Shown here: in pieces, positions 1 through 12,089 of the stretch
Numbering within the stretch: the stretch's first letter is position 1
Layout: each line of letters begins with the position of its first letter
From: Octopus sinensis
Taxonomy: Eukaryota
Reading direction: 5' to 3'
NCBI RefSeq assembly: GCF_006345805.1
Contig: NC_043002.1
Span: 83,824,001-83,888,000, forward strand
DNA: 64,000 nt
Translations under genes and position numbers: made by a program
The notes under the pieces: model-generated
Seen by the model: only the letters and a program-made list of their open reading frames with translations
Database searches by the model: none
What the model was told of the DNA's origin: nothing

Positions 1-130
1 CTATCTATATTATAATGCATTTAATGTGTCATAATATTAATTTATCGTTATAATATCTTATTGTATTTATATACACTACCCGGACCCGTTAAAACTTCAC
101 GGAAAATGTAAAAAAATGTAAGCGTTTGTA

Positions 131-1412
131 TCAGGTCATCCCATAAGTTCTGTCCGAATTTTGACTAAAGAAAACAAGTGATCAAATGTTATATTTAATT
201 GAAATTTAATCGTCAATGTACTTTCTCTGATTATCTATGACTTCCTTCCATCTATTTACAAGCTTTTTAATCCCATCAATGTAAAACTCTTTTGGTTTCA
301 AAGCGAAGAACTCTGAAATGTCAATTTCGACCTCCTCCTGGCCTGCGAAAGTTATGTCCCCCAAATGATTCTGTAAACAATGAAACAGATGGTAGTCTGA
401 AGGAGCAAGGTCTGGAGAATAAGGTGGATGAAGAATTTTTTCCCAACCAAGCTCTTCGATCTTCTGTGATGTGATCTTTGTAGTGTGGGGTCGCGCATTG
501 TCCTGATGAAACATCACTCCTTTTCGATTTACTAAAGCGGGTCTTTTTTCTTCAAATCTTGGTTCAAACGCTCTAATTGCTGACTTGAGCATTGATTGTT
601 GCATTAGGTGGTAACAATTCAAAGTGAATTACTCCTTTGCAATCCCACCAGATAATAGAGAGAAAAACCTTTTTCCCATGAAGTTCCCTTCTCGGTTGTG
701 GTTGAGCTTTTCCCCTTTTACTAGGCTGCTGTTTACGACGTTTAACATTTCGATAGACGATCCATTTTTCGTCACCAATCACATGTCTATCCAAAAAGGG
801 TGAAATGAGTTGGTGAGAATGGAGAGAAGAGCAGATGTCAACCTGGGATTTGTAGTTGCTTTCGGACAATTCCTGAGGCACCCATTTTCCAAGTTTAGGA
901 ACCTTTCCAAGTTGTTGAAGATGACGATGAACAGTTGTATGGTTTGAACTAAGCTTTATTGCCAAATCTTCAACTGGTAATGCAGGATTTTCTTCAAGTA
1001 ATGCCTAGAGGAGCTTATCATCAAACTCAACTGGACGTCCTGTTCGATCTTTATCTTCAAGGCTGAAATTTCCTTTTCTGAATATTGCAAACCATCTTCT
1101 GCAAGTTCTTTCATTCAAGCATTCTTTCCCATAAACTGAGTGTATATTTCGAGTCGCTTTGGCTGCAGAGTTTCCTTTTTTGTACTCATAAAGCATTATG
1201 TGCCTCAAATGCTCTTTGGATACTTACATGTTAAAAAGGGTTTTAATCAAAGAAATTTTAATTCTATTATTCTGTAAAATAATATTTAATTTGTTTAAAT
1301 GTACACAAATTCATAAAATGATTTTTAATTCCATTAGACATTCTAAAATGCTATTAAATTTCACTCAATTTTAAAAAAGGTAAAATCGGACAGAACTTAT
1401 GGGATGACCTGA
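131..1412 (-). mobile_element. Full-length mariner (Tc1/mariner, D,D34D type) DNA transposon with frameshifted transposase
   Basis: Perfect 27-bp TIRs tcaggtcatcccataagttctgtccga (131-157, inverted at 1386-1412) with TA on both sides. Transposase in three minus-strand fragments: 1005-1208 HTH (RTCRRWFAIFRKGNFSL), 573-965 (GKWVPQEL, GDEKWIVY), 206-622 (HQDNARPH, HPPYSPDLAPSDYHLF). Confidence 0.97.
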
Positions 1413-1617
1413 TAATTTGTGTGTTGATGCCATGAGAAATGTTTCTATATTGTGACAGTTACAGAATATAGAAAGACGTGTAAAACCGACAACTATAAAA
1501 TCCAACCAAAATATCACACTTACGCAAACATAAATAGAATTACTATTTAGCCTTAAAATACGTCACACATGTTCAAAGAACCTTCTTGGTTTAGCGGTAC
1601 GGAACGTTCTTCTGGTA

Positions 1618-1840
1618 TTCTTTTATTCTTTTACTTGTTTCAGTCAAATGACTGAGGCCATGCTGGAGCACTGCCCTTTAGTCGAAGAAAGTGACTCCTG
1701 GACTTATTCCCTGTAAGCCTGACGGTTATTCTATCAGACTCTTCTGCCGAACAGCTAAGTTACGTGGACGCAAACACACCAACATCGGTTGTCAAGCGAT
1801 GGTGGTGGAGGAACAAACACAAACATACACATACTTATAT

Positions 1841-1874
<34 letters not shown>

Positions 1875-2112
1875 CGAAATTACTACGATGATCCGGTTCT
1901 TGACTGAAGACTGAGGGTTCGAATGTCCTGTCCGTGTTTATTGTATCGTCTTCTAAGAGTTATACGTTCTTGTCCATGTTGTATTTTTCTACATACCTTA
2001 ATATATATATATATTATATATATATATATATATATGACGGGCTTCTTACAGTTTCCGTCTATGAAATCCACTTACGAGGCTTTGGTCAGCCCGAGGTGAA
2101 GGTAGAAGACAC
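1618..2112 (-). mobile_element. tRNA-derived SINE family B, 5'-truncated, with an insertion inside its central microsatellite
   Basis: Matches the reverse complement of the full copy at 36465-36872 on both sides of a (CA)n(TA)n tract. About 120 bp of unrelated sequence (1876-1998) sits inside the tract. Confidence 0.8.
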
Positions 2113-2378
2113 TCTTTAAAGCATAGAATTGAATTTCGTGAAGACACCTTCCTCCTCTTTGCCGCTTTGCCTCTCACTTCAACTATATTTCCACTGCTTC
2201 TGTCCCTCCCCTCTCTCCCGCTTTGCTACTCTCTGTCACTCTGCTTAATACATTTTATTTCTCTTTGTCTTTGTACCTCTCCCTTCAACCTTTTTACCTC
2301 TTCCTTTGAAGTAAGTGTGACATACACCACAAATACATACAATAACAAACAAAACTAAGCGTATTAATATTATTGATA

Positions 2379-2404
2379 TATGTATGTATGTATGTATATG
2401 TATG

Positions 2405-2436
<32 letters not shown>

Positions 2437-2470
2437 TGTATGTATGTATGTATGTATGTATGTATGTATT
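2379..2470. repeat. (GTAT)n tetranucleotide microsatellite
   Basis: Direct reading of the tandem gtat units. Confidence 0.95.
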
Positions 2471-2778
2471 CTTAGGTTATCTATGATATGTATTTAAAAT
2501 ATTTTAATGGTTTGGTCTGGTTGGAGAAAGGGAATGCATTATAACTTTTGTAGGCCCTTCAACTCCGATGAGGTTGATACGAATGATGCACATTTTGTTG
2601 AAAAATTGTAACCTTTGTATTTGGATCTCCTCTCTTATTTCTCGAACACTTTACGATAACAGAAAGAAATCGTTTGTTGTAATTAGATAAATAACGAGTT
2701 ACTAATATTGGAGGTAATTTCGTAAGCGATTATCTAATATTCCATTGTTTACATTCCATTTGCATTTTTCTATTCCAG

Positions 2779-2979
2779 ATCGCTATTGCTGCAACGAATA
2801 GAGTCCTGGCGAAAGCTAGACAAGATAACAGAAACCAAACTATGACATTCGATGATTATATTTACCTTATGAAGCAAAATGTACTCTTGAAATCAGATGA
2901 TGGTGATGATATTATCAGAAGTAGATTTAAAAGTTACAGCCAGACTCGTTTCGCTCAAAATTCTGTTGATGAAGAAATT
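2779..2979 (+). CDS. Gene family copy A, exon 3 (IAIAATNRVL...SVDEEI, 67 aa, phase 0-0)
   Basis: ttccag| acceptor and |gtacgt donor, 201 nt open frame. Same length as and about 39% identical to copy B exon 3 (37659-37859). Confidence 0.92.
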
Positions 2980-3028
2980 GTACGTAATTGAAATTTTTCC
3001 GGTTTTATAAATTATATAACAAATATAT

Positions 3029-3460
3029 CGGATCTTTTCGGTTTGGCCGGCAGTTTTTTAAAATAATTTCCACGTAACTAAACACTTTTAAACTTCGTAT
3101 ACTGGTAAAATGTGCTTATAAAACATCGTTTTCTCTTGGCTTTATTGAAAAAATTCTATAGTTTGTAAGATATTAGTTGTTGTTTTTCTTCAATTTCTGC
3201 AATTTCAACAATCAATGACGTCTATTGAGGTGAAAACATTCTGTACCGTATGAATATGTTCCTCGTTTAAGAAACAGATTGGGTTTATTTACATTTGTGA
3301 AGAAAAAAGATAACACCCCTAACCCTAACTAACCCAAACTCTAAAACCCTAACCCTAAAACAGATTGAAATGCAATAGATCGATACTAGGGTCATAATTA
3401 TGGGTGACAATTTCATATGACACCGCTAGAAAAAACTGCCGTTCAAACCGAAAAGATCCA
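3029..3460 (+). mobile_element. Non-autonomous DNA transposon (MITE) with ~29-bp TIRs, 6-bp TSD (ATATAT) and internal telomere-like CCCTAA repeats
   Basis: Termini cggatcttttcggtttggccggcagtttt ... aaaactgccgttcaaaccgaaaagatcca. ATATAT at 3023-3028 and 3461-3466. A second, inverted copy lies at 6448-6880. Confidence 0.9.
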
Positions 3461-4583
3461 ATATATCATAATACTCAAACCAATAATGACCGAGTTTTTA
3501 TGTATATATTCATCTGTTGAATGTCTCCAAATACCAAGAAGTAGTAATAACTGAACACTGTAAGCAGTTACAGCGCTGTGAAGTTGTGAGGTTATTGTGA
3601 TTAGTTCAACATCTCTTGTGAGATTAGCTTCAACAAAGTTGATAGATTAGATATATTTTTAGAAGGTAAAGTCTTCAGCAACGTACTTACATCAAAGTAC
3701 ATTTGAGACAGCATAAAATTTCTGTTTCTAGTATAACTGTGATTTTGGGGAAAACGTATTTCTAAAAACGATTAAACTTATCGTCTTAGTTCTTCTGTAT
3801 ATTTCAGTACACCAGTAATTAGGTCGACTAGAGATTCCCAAAGGACAGTTGCTTAAATAACTTAACATCTGGTCAAGACTCTTACCTACAGGTTTCCGGG
3901 TAGCAGACAAGAAAACGTCCTCAATACATAGGTATTGATGGCAATTATGAAAATGTATCGTTCTGGACAAAACACCAGTTGCTCTTATCAAGGCATAACA
4001 CACGTCAGTCACCCAACTTAGGGTTACAGTGAAGCCACGAGAAGCAGAACAGAGGATGTACAATCTCGGCGAAAGAGTAGCTCACAGACAAGTATCGGCA
4101 TTTTCACGATGCTGGGGTCAACGGCCAGTACTTGAAGTATATTACTGCTAACGCCCGCATCTTGGCAACCATAAACGTTATTAAGCAAACAAAAGAAAAT
4201 ATTTTAAATAACAGAACCTATTTGTCCACTGAAAGCTTAGGTAACGGTGTTCAAATTTGGTCTGATTTCTTCTGAGTAGCTAAGTACTATCAAAATTATG
4301 TAGATGCTCGACGTCTCTTCGATACATTTCAGCCAATTAATAAGTGAAAATTAGTTCCGTTGTCAGATCTCCTAAGTTACTAATCTCTTAAAAGTCTTGG
4401 ATCAAACTGGTCCAGTGTCAAATTGGTGTACACTGAAGTGTCGCATGTGAAACTCATTGATTTGCGTAACTATTTGTTATTCTTATTTTATATAATTTTA
4501 CCATTGCTCCCGTAATTCAAAAAAATCAAAATGGCAATTATTTTTCTTCTTTTTTATCATTTTCATACTTTTATATTTTTCAG

Positions 4584-4805
4584 GTTAATGAGGTTATTGA
4601 CTGGTTTAAAAATGAAGTTGTTGTTGATCCGGACGTTTTGGCAGCCACTAAAATTGATATCGTTGACTTTGCAAATTTCGTTGCTGCAACTGGTGCCGCT
4701 CTCGATAGTTTGGCAGCACTCTTCGTGAAACGAGACTACGCAGAACGTAGCGTCGTTGATCTTGGAATTATTCGTTACCCCGATCTTGATCATCCTTTCT
4801 TCAAG
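4584..4805 (+). CDS. Gene family copy A, exon 4 (VNEVIDWFKN...RYPDLDHPFFK, 74 aa, phase 0-0)
   Basis: tttcag| acceptor and |gtaaag donor, 222 nt. 44/74 aa identical to copy B exon 4 by hand count. Confidence 0.95.
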
Positions 4806-5491
4806 GTAAAGACACTCAACATCTTGTTTTTATAAATAAATATCGAACCTGTTTTGAATTGAAAATCAGCTGCTTTATTTCCGACTAAAACATCTTGATT
4901 AACTAGGCACATACCTTAGGCTACATTAATCCCAATATTAATATTCGTAGAGAAATTTAAGTGAAGCATTGTGTAATATTAAATTACACAATAACTTGTC
5001 AAGGCCGAAAGAATGCGAAATGAATTACAAAAGTAAACTACAAAAGGGAAGACAGAACAACAGTTGAAGCTTAAGCCTTGTATTTCTTCGATATTTAGGG
5101 GGTTAGAAACCCTTCATCAAGACAAGTGGAGAAATGGAAGATGGGTTAAAGCTACTATCATTGCTCGGATATGTTGGAGAGGGTAGTGACATGTGCAGAT
5201 TGATGTTGTTAAAATAGCCATTCTGTTGTTAATGCTGATTTCAGCTTATTAATTTGGTTAGCCTCTTTGATTCTAAGGTTGCCTGGGTGAGTGTCACTGA
5301 GAGGTGTTGTTCACGGTGAACGAGTGACAAGTGTTGTTCATGGTGAGAGAGAGAGTGACAGTGTGGTTCATAAAATTTATAAGTTTTGTTGTTTAGAGAT
5401 ACTTGGCTATGTTTGATGCCTAATAAACATATTACCTCGACGAAATAATTTTTTAATTGAGATCTCAATTTTCCGTTTTGTTACATTTTAG

Positions 5492-5680
5492 CTGTTCCGT
5501 ATCCAGTTGTTCGCATACAGGAAGAACACAAGAATAGCATTCGTGCAAAATGACAAGAGCGGAATTAAAGGACAATTTGAATCAAAGATTTTCAGACCCC
5601 AAACGACCGTTTTGAAGCACATGGCTGAATCAGTGAGAAGAAAGGCTATGCAAGAGGCCCAAGAAACGTTTGAGTCTTAA
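5492..5680 (+). CDS. Gene family copy A, terminal exon 5 (LFRIQLFAYR...QETFES*)
   Basis: ttttag| acceptor, 189 nt ending TAA at 5678-5680, AATAAA at 5762-5767. Same length as copy B exon 5. Confidence 0.94.
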   Translation: MFRIQLFAYRKNTRIAFVQNDKSGIKGQFESKIFRPQTTVLKHMAESVRRKAMQEAQETFES

Positions 5681-5864
5681 GCCCTGAAAGCCTCATTGTA
5701 TTTTTTCATTGTATAATTTTGTATTGTGGCGAGGATTAAGGATATATGAATGTATATACAGAATAAAACGTAAAAAGAAGTAAATATCGAATCCTTCCTT
5801 TTACCGAAATTAAAAGTAATTGTTAATTGTTATTTTTAGCTTTTCTTCTTTACATCATCAGCAG

Positions 5865-5948
5865 CACCACTTCCACCACCACCACCACCACTATCACCAC
5901 TATCACCACCACTACCGTTACCACTACTATCGTCATCGTCATCATCAT
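5865..5948. repeat. Imperfect (CAC/CAT)n trinucleotide repeat
   Basis: Direct reading. It explains the His-rich and Thr-rich ORFs in the track. Confidence 0.85.
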
Positions 5949-6369
5949 CAGAAAAAAAGGAAAGCACGTTCGGTTACTAAGTTGCTTGAAGATCCAGCAA
6001 ATGCTGCTAGATTTACAGCCAAATTTCTTTTAAATTTATACAGTACCGATTAAGAATTGTTGAAACCCTAAGAAGACATCAGATAATACAACATTAAATA
6101 ACCATATGATAACTACAAAAAAAAATCAAGAAATCAATACTAGGTGCATATACAAGATTGCCATTTGCAAGTCTATTCAGTTTCAATCAGGGTTGCGGTA
6201 GGGTTAAACAACAACAACAACAACAATATAATGCTGAAATAGATTTACTTTGAAACGTAGAAGGTACTTTATTTCTCTACTTCGTTGTCATTAAAAAAAA
6301 ACTATTTTTCATACAAGAGGATATGGTAGACACTTTGCACAATCCCAGATCTCCAATCAAAACAGATAC

Positions 6370-6439
<70 letters not shown>

Positions 6440-6447
6440 GTAACGGT

Positions 6448-6880
6448 TGGATCTTTTCGGTTTGAACGGCAGTTTTTCTAGCGGTGTCATATGAAATTGT
6501 CACCCATAATTATGACCCTAGTATCGATCTATTGCATTTCCATCTGTTTTAGGGTTAGGGTTAGTTAGGGTTAGGGTTAGGGGTGGGGGAAGGGTATCTT
6601 TTTTTCTTCAGAAATGTAAATAAACCCAATCTGTTTCTTAAACGAGGGACATATTCATACGGCACAGAATGCTTTCACCTTAATAGACGTCATTGATTGG
6701 TTGAAATTGCAGAAATTGAAGAAAAAAACAACAAATATCTTACAAACTATGGAATTTTCTCAATAAAGCCAAGAGAAAAAGATGTTTTATAAACACATTC
6801 TACCAGTATACGAAGTTTAAAAGTGTTTAGTTACGTGGAAATTATTTTTAAAAACTGCCGGTCAAACCAAAATAGAACCG
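6448..6880 (-). mobile_element. Second copy of the 6-bp-TSD MITE, inverted, carrying (TTAGGG)n
   Basis: Reverse complement of 3029-3460 along its length. TSD AACGGT at 6442-6447 and 6881-6886. ttagggttagggttagttagggttagggttaggg near 6549-6582. Confidence 0.9.
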
Positions 6881-7624
6881 AACGGTTTTTAAATTGATTA
6901 GTTGAAGTGAGAAAGCAGTTGTGACGATAATTATTTGCTGTTATAATTGCATACTGTAGGATGTGAAAGATGAACAATGCATGAAGTTTTAAGGAAATAT
7001 TTATTTACCGCTACGTTACAATTACCTTGCCTCGACGGGCAGGTTATGATAAATCCAAAAGCATGCGAAAAAAGGTTAAATGCAGTAGAATGTTTCATTA
7101 CATAGTTTGGCGTATACGAAAAGTTAGTAGTAATCCACAGATAGCGATAGAATGATGTTGTAAGAGAACAGAATTGGAGCTAGTGAGAGTGAGTGGGTGT
7201 AGGACGTTGTCTTTCTTTTACCTTCTGGCCGTTTTGTCTGCCTGCCTCCATGATTCTAGTGATCGGTTCATTAACTGATGTTAGCTCTCTTTCAACTCAC
7301 GAGTTTGTCACCAAGGTGACTAACTGATTTTTGCTTGCGGTATGCTTGCTTGTATAAAGATCCAGAAGGATAGATATATCATTGAAAACAATAGATTTAG
7401 TTGGTGGTCTTGTTATCTCTATTCTAGCTTTTGGTGAAGTAGAAGAGGTTAGAAAGGGTCAAGTGGTGAAGACATTATTTCGGCCTAGCTAAAGGCATCT
7501 GGAAAATGTAAAACTGCTGTCAGAGAAAAATCATTGTTCCATCGTGGGAAAAGTTCTATTGCAGTGTTAATTTAAATTTGGCTCTGGTGGATCGAATCCA
7601 CTTCATGCATGCAAGATCCACTAC

Positions 7625-7657
<33 letters not shown>

Positions 7658-7683
7658 ATATATATATAATATATATATATATA

Positions 7684-8690
7684 CCGTATATTCTGGCGTA
7701 AGGACTGAATTTGAACTTTACAAAATCAACCCAAAACAAGGGTTCAGGTTTTATACGGTTTTATACGGAACCATAACTTCCTGTGGTTTAGAGTAGCATC
7801 AATGCCAATGAAGAACAGTGCAAAGCACTCGCATAGGTCCTATGTTTCTACACCACAGTATTTTCTACTGATACTTGCACATGTCGATGGGGAACGTTGT
7901 ATGGCACATGCATAGATCTTCTGGTTCTACAACTCAGTATTTTCCACTGATACTTACACGCATGTTTGGAAAGCTGGATTAATAGTAAGATTATATTAAA
8001 AAACAACACAGCAAACTTAGTGGACAGACACCAGTCGCAAATGTAAACAATCAGCCGGTTCAGCCGGTTCCCAGGGTCTGATCTGTTTACACTGCCTCAT
8101 TAGAGCGCTCTCTCATACAACGCTCAACTATCCGAGGGCTTTCAGGAAAAGTGTAGTTTACGGTAACTAACTTACTTGTTGCGGCAGATTAGCAGCATGT
8201 ACCTGTACCTTCTGTGATTGGCCAATTCGTGTCAGTTAGACCAATCACAATAAACCTTACAATTACTTTTAAGTTACTTTTAAACAATCACAGACGGAGT
8301 TTCTTGAAAAGATTCAAATTGTTACTCCTTTATAAGCAGCAGTACTTTCACTGGGTGTACATTAGTTTCCAGCAACTGTAAGACCCCTTAATGGTTCCAA
8401 GAGAGTATGAAGCTGGTTTTAAGTTGAAAATGGTATCATACGTCAAGTCCCACAAAACCTGTGCTGCTGCGAGAGAAGACGGTACAACTGAGAAGATGGT
8501 AAGAGTTTGGAGATTAAAGGAAGATTTATTAAGGATTATAACCAGGACGAAAGGTGCAATGAGAGGAAACACTGCACACTGGCCGATTCTGGAGAAGCAT
8601 GTAGCAGACATGAACCATGAGCAGCGTCGAAATTGATACGTTGTTTCAAGACCAACAGTCTCGTGAAGCAAGACGAAAATGTACAAATTA
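7684..8690 (+). mobile_element. Truncated pogo/Tigger-type DNA transposon with Brinker-like DNA-binding domain fragment
   Basis: TA|ccgtatattctggcgta terminus. ORF 8391-8636 (YEAGFKLKMVSY...EKMVRVWR...HWPILE) resembles the N-terminus of POGK-type transposases. No right TIR seen. Confidence 0.75.
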
Positions 8691-8729
8691 AAGAAAATAC
8701 TGGCAGTGTGCTTTATAACATTTCTAATA

Positions 8730-9092
8730 TCTCTCTATATGTAAACGGCAAAATGTCTGTGTGTGTGTCCTTTATACAAATCCACAATTTTTCAGTTAGA
8801 GGGCTCGCACTTTCTATGGTCATTCAAAACCGTCCAAGGGTAGTGGTGCACATCTTTACATTTCTCCAGTCACCCTGCAAAGCCATTAAAAAATCAATAG
8901 AAGTGACTTTTTGTGAATTTTCTATCCAAAACCCAATCAAAATGCCCGACACTTGATACGCCAATTGAATGCCAGCTAGCTGTATGTGCTTGGTCGGAGA
9001 TTTGGACAGTACTCTTGTGTATGTGCGCATGCACGCAGCTGTATATGCATGCACTAGCACTATAACCTGGCGTTGCCGGGTCATAGTGCTAG
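8730..9092 (+). mobile_element. Non-autonomous Helitron
   Basis: Starts a|TCtctctatatgtaaa and ends in a GC-rich hairpin followed by CTAG|t (9089-9092), so it sits in an A-T dinucleotide. Confidence 0.75.
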
Positions 9093-9183
9093 TATTACAA
9101 TATAATATTATACATACCGTAAGTAAATCGGTAAATCTATTTCGAGTAAATGGTGTTATGGTATACCTGACATCATATTAGAG

Positions 9184-9920
9184 ATGCTAACAACTGTTAA
9201 AGAATTCAGCAATGGCATCGGGATGAACTTTGGCCTTGATAAGTGTGCTAAAGAAACTTTTGTAAGAGGCAAGCTCAGGCAAACAATTTCCATTAAATTA
9301 GATACCGACACTACCATCAAGGCGTTTGGCCTACAAAAAAATTACAAACACCTGGAGATAAACGAAGGAGATTGTATGCAACATGCTATTATGAAGGAAA
9401 AAATAAGAAAAGAATATTACAGGGAAATAAAACTCATACTAAAAACTGAACTCAACTTTAAAAATCGCATCGCAACTATTAACACCCTGGCAGGTCCAAT
9501 AGTCCAATCATTAACTGGAATCTTACAGAGCTCCAACGCCTGGACAGGAAGACAAGAAAAATACTAACTTCTAAGAACATGCACCACCCAAAAGCAGATG
9601 TTGGTTGTCTGTACCTAACTAGAAGTTACGGGGGAAGAGGAATGATGCAGGCAGAACTGTCCTATAAGACCTCAACGTTAGCAATGAACAGGTACTTATC
9701 TAGTACAGAGGACTGGACGCTGCGATTTGTGTGCAAACACAAAAGCAGCAAAAAGTCACATTCGATTGTCAAGGAAGCTTGTAAATTCGCAAGGAAACTT
9801 GACATTAATCCTGAAATAGTTGAAGAACCTGAAACCACTGCCACAAACCAAGCAAAATGGATCAAGCAGACTGCAAAAAAGAGCGGGCAGGAACAAATTG
9901 AGGAGTGATGGAGCCAGAAG
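9184..9920 (+). mobile_element. R4/Dong-clade non-LTR retrotransposon RT fragment (degenerate)
   Basis: GIGMNFGLDKCAK, YKHLEINE, NRIATINTLA and GCLYLTRSYGGRGM motifs, with stops and frameshifts. Confidence 0.85.
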
Positions 9921-11802
9921 CCTTGTGAATCGATTTGGTGTTACGTGGTAGCTGTTACGTGGTAGCATGGCATGCTGGAAGTAGCAGCCAAGTCTTTCCT
10001 GCGCCTGATTTCGATATCACATTCGTTGAAAGCATGCAAAATAATCTGGAAAAGAAAAAAGATCCGCCAAGCAGAACTCCCTTGGTAGGAAACTTCGAAG
10101 TCTCCGTAATCCCTCCCACCTTCCTTTTCCGGATAAAATGTCTTGCGGTGGATTTTGAGGTCAGATACGTTGAATGCACCTGAAAAAAAAACTATGGAAA
10201 AAAATTATTCCACACCGAGGTACAAAATATTTATCGAAAGAATAAAATCTTGTACTGATTATTTTGTCGGTTGCTATCTGGGATAATTTTAGTAACAAAT
10301 CAAACAGGTAAGATGCATTAAGAATTTCAGTTTTAGTGCTCATCCATAATGTTAATTAAATTTACCTGCCCATAAAAGTCAAATTTACTCAGCAAGATCA
10401 GCTAAAAGTATATAAAGCACCTACTGACAAAATTTCAAATCTGTATGTAAAAAATTTAGAAAGTTACAAGCAAATATTGTGAACATGCCTCTTAAACCTG
10501 AATAATTCAAAATAATGTGAACAAATAAGCATTACATTTGACAGATTAATATGAACACTAAAGATGTTTTTAGGTGTGTTTTTTTTCTTTCTTACACACA
10601 CACACATAACACGGCCTCGATCGGTTGGGACTACACGTGTGTCAATTTGACATCTTGACATCGTCATTCCATAAAATTTGTTTATGGAGAGAAAAATATT
10701 GAAAAATATCAATTGATATGTGAGTGAGAAAGAAACTAGAGGGGAGGTTTGGGGATGTGCTAGAAAGAACAGCCAGATCTCCCTTAAATCACACATTTTC
10801 CTCTGAAATTATTAACACATTTTTTAAAAACGAAAATGTTTCTCTCGCGAGTTTTAAAGTGCGTAGTGAAAAAAATGGCCAAAATCGTTTCGGACTGGGG
10901 TAGTGAAGGGGCGATGGGAATGGCAAAAAAAGTTTTAATTTTTTTTTTTCTTGAAAAGATACCTTCCGTCATTCTGAAGACTTTGGTGAAAAACATTGGA
11001 AAAATCCCCGTCAAAACGGAGAAATTCCAACTAATGTGGGCCGTCTGATCCGAAATACCGTTTCCCAGAAACAATCCCTTCCGCCCCCTTCCAAAAGTAT
11101 TCATTTTTCTGGAAGTTATGAGGCACAAAGTCGGTAGGGTATTAAACGGTAGTTATGCCTTTTTCAGGGGCGGCTCCTAGATATGATTAGTTGGGGTGCT
11201 GTTTCAGAAAATTTGTAGCCGTTGTTTTAATATTGTGTAAAAGGAAACAAACATATAAAAAGAAAATTTATACATAAACTTCATCTGTTCGCGCTTTAGC
11301 TACTGCCGGATAGCATGTGTAATTTGCTCACTGAACATCGCCGTGAATTCCCCCTTGGTTTTCAAACCACCACCCCCTATATCATGCCCTGTTTTTCAAA
11401 TCCTGGCAGCAATACTGAAGCTGGAAGCAGGATAATCTAATTCTACACTTGATCACATTCAAGATTATAAACACGTTTTTAAGCACAACACACGTGGAGT
11501 AAAAAAGAAACACTACCTTTCACCGGCAATGCCTGAATGACAGTGTTGTCTCTCCCTAGCGCGAAGCTTCTTATCTCGGACATGTGAGCATAGCACAAGA
11601 GCCAAACACTGCGTCACTGGAACTGTGAAGCGCACAGTTCTATGCAAGGATTTTTGTATTGTTTTCACAAACTAGGAGATGGCTACTGACATTAAGCTTA
11701 AGGATTATATAATGTACAAGTATAAAGAAAGAATTAAAGAAAACAGAACTCATTATATTGAATGTTATAATATAATATTGAGTTGAAATAGGGGTGCTGC
11801 AG

Positions 11803-11804
<2 letters not shown>

Positions 11805-11840
<36 letters not shown>

Positions 11841-12070
11841 TGTGTGTGCGTGTGTGCGTTTATATGTTTGTGTGTCTGTGTTTGTCGCCCAAACATCGCT
11901 TGACAACCGATGCTGGTGTGCTTACATCCCCGTAACTTAGTGGTTTGCCAAAAGAGACCGATAGAATAAGTACTAGGCTTACAAAGAATAAATCCTGGGG
12001 TCGATTTGCTTGACTAAAGGCCGTACTCCAGCATAGCCACAGTAAAATGTATGAAACAAGTAGAACTGTA
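11805..12070 (+). mobile_element. SINE family B, 3' half
   Basis: cttgacaaccgatgctggtg...gaccgatagaataagtactaggcttacaaagaataa, matching 36690-36860. Confidence 0.8.
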
Positions 12071-12089
12071 AGGAGAGAAGTATTGTTCA

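Noticed and set aside
206-1208. Active mariner transposase gene
   Set aside because: The reading frame is broken into three pieces.
4531-4793. ORFs 4531-4728 (+) and 4563-4793 (-)
   Set aside because: Alternative-frame and antisense shadows of the real exon 4584-4805.
5820-6053. His-rich ORF just downstream of copy A
   Set aside because: Trinucleotide repeat beyond the stop and poly(A) signal, with no splice context.
6549-6585. (TTAGGG)n as a telomere or fusion scar
   Set aside because: It is an internal part of a MITE present twice with its own TSDs.
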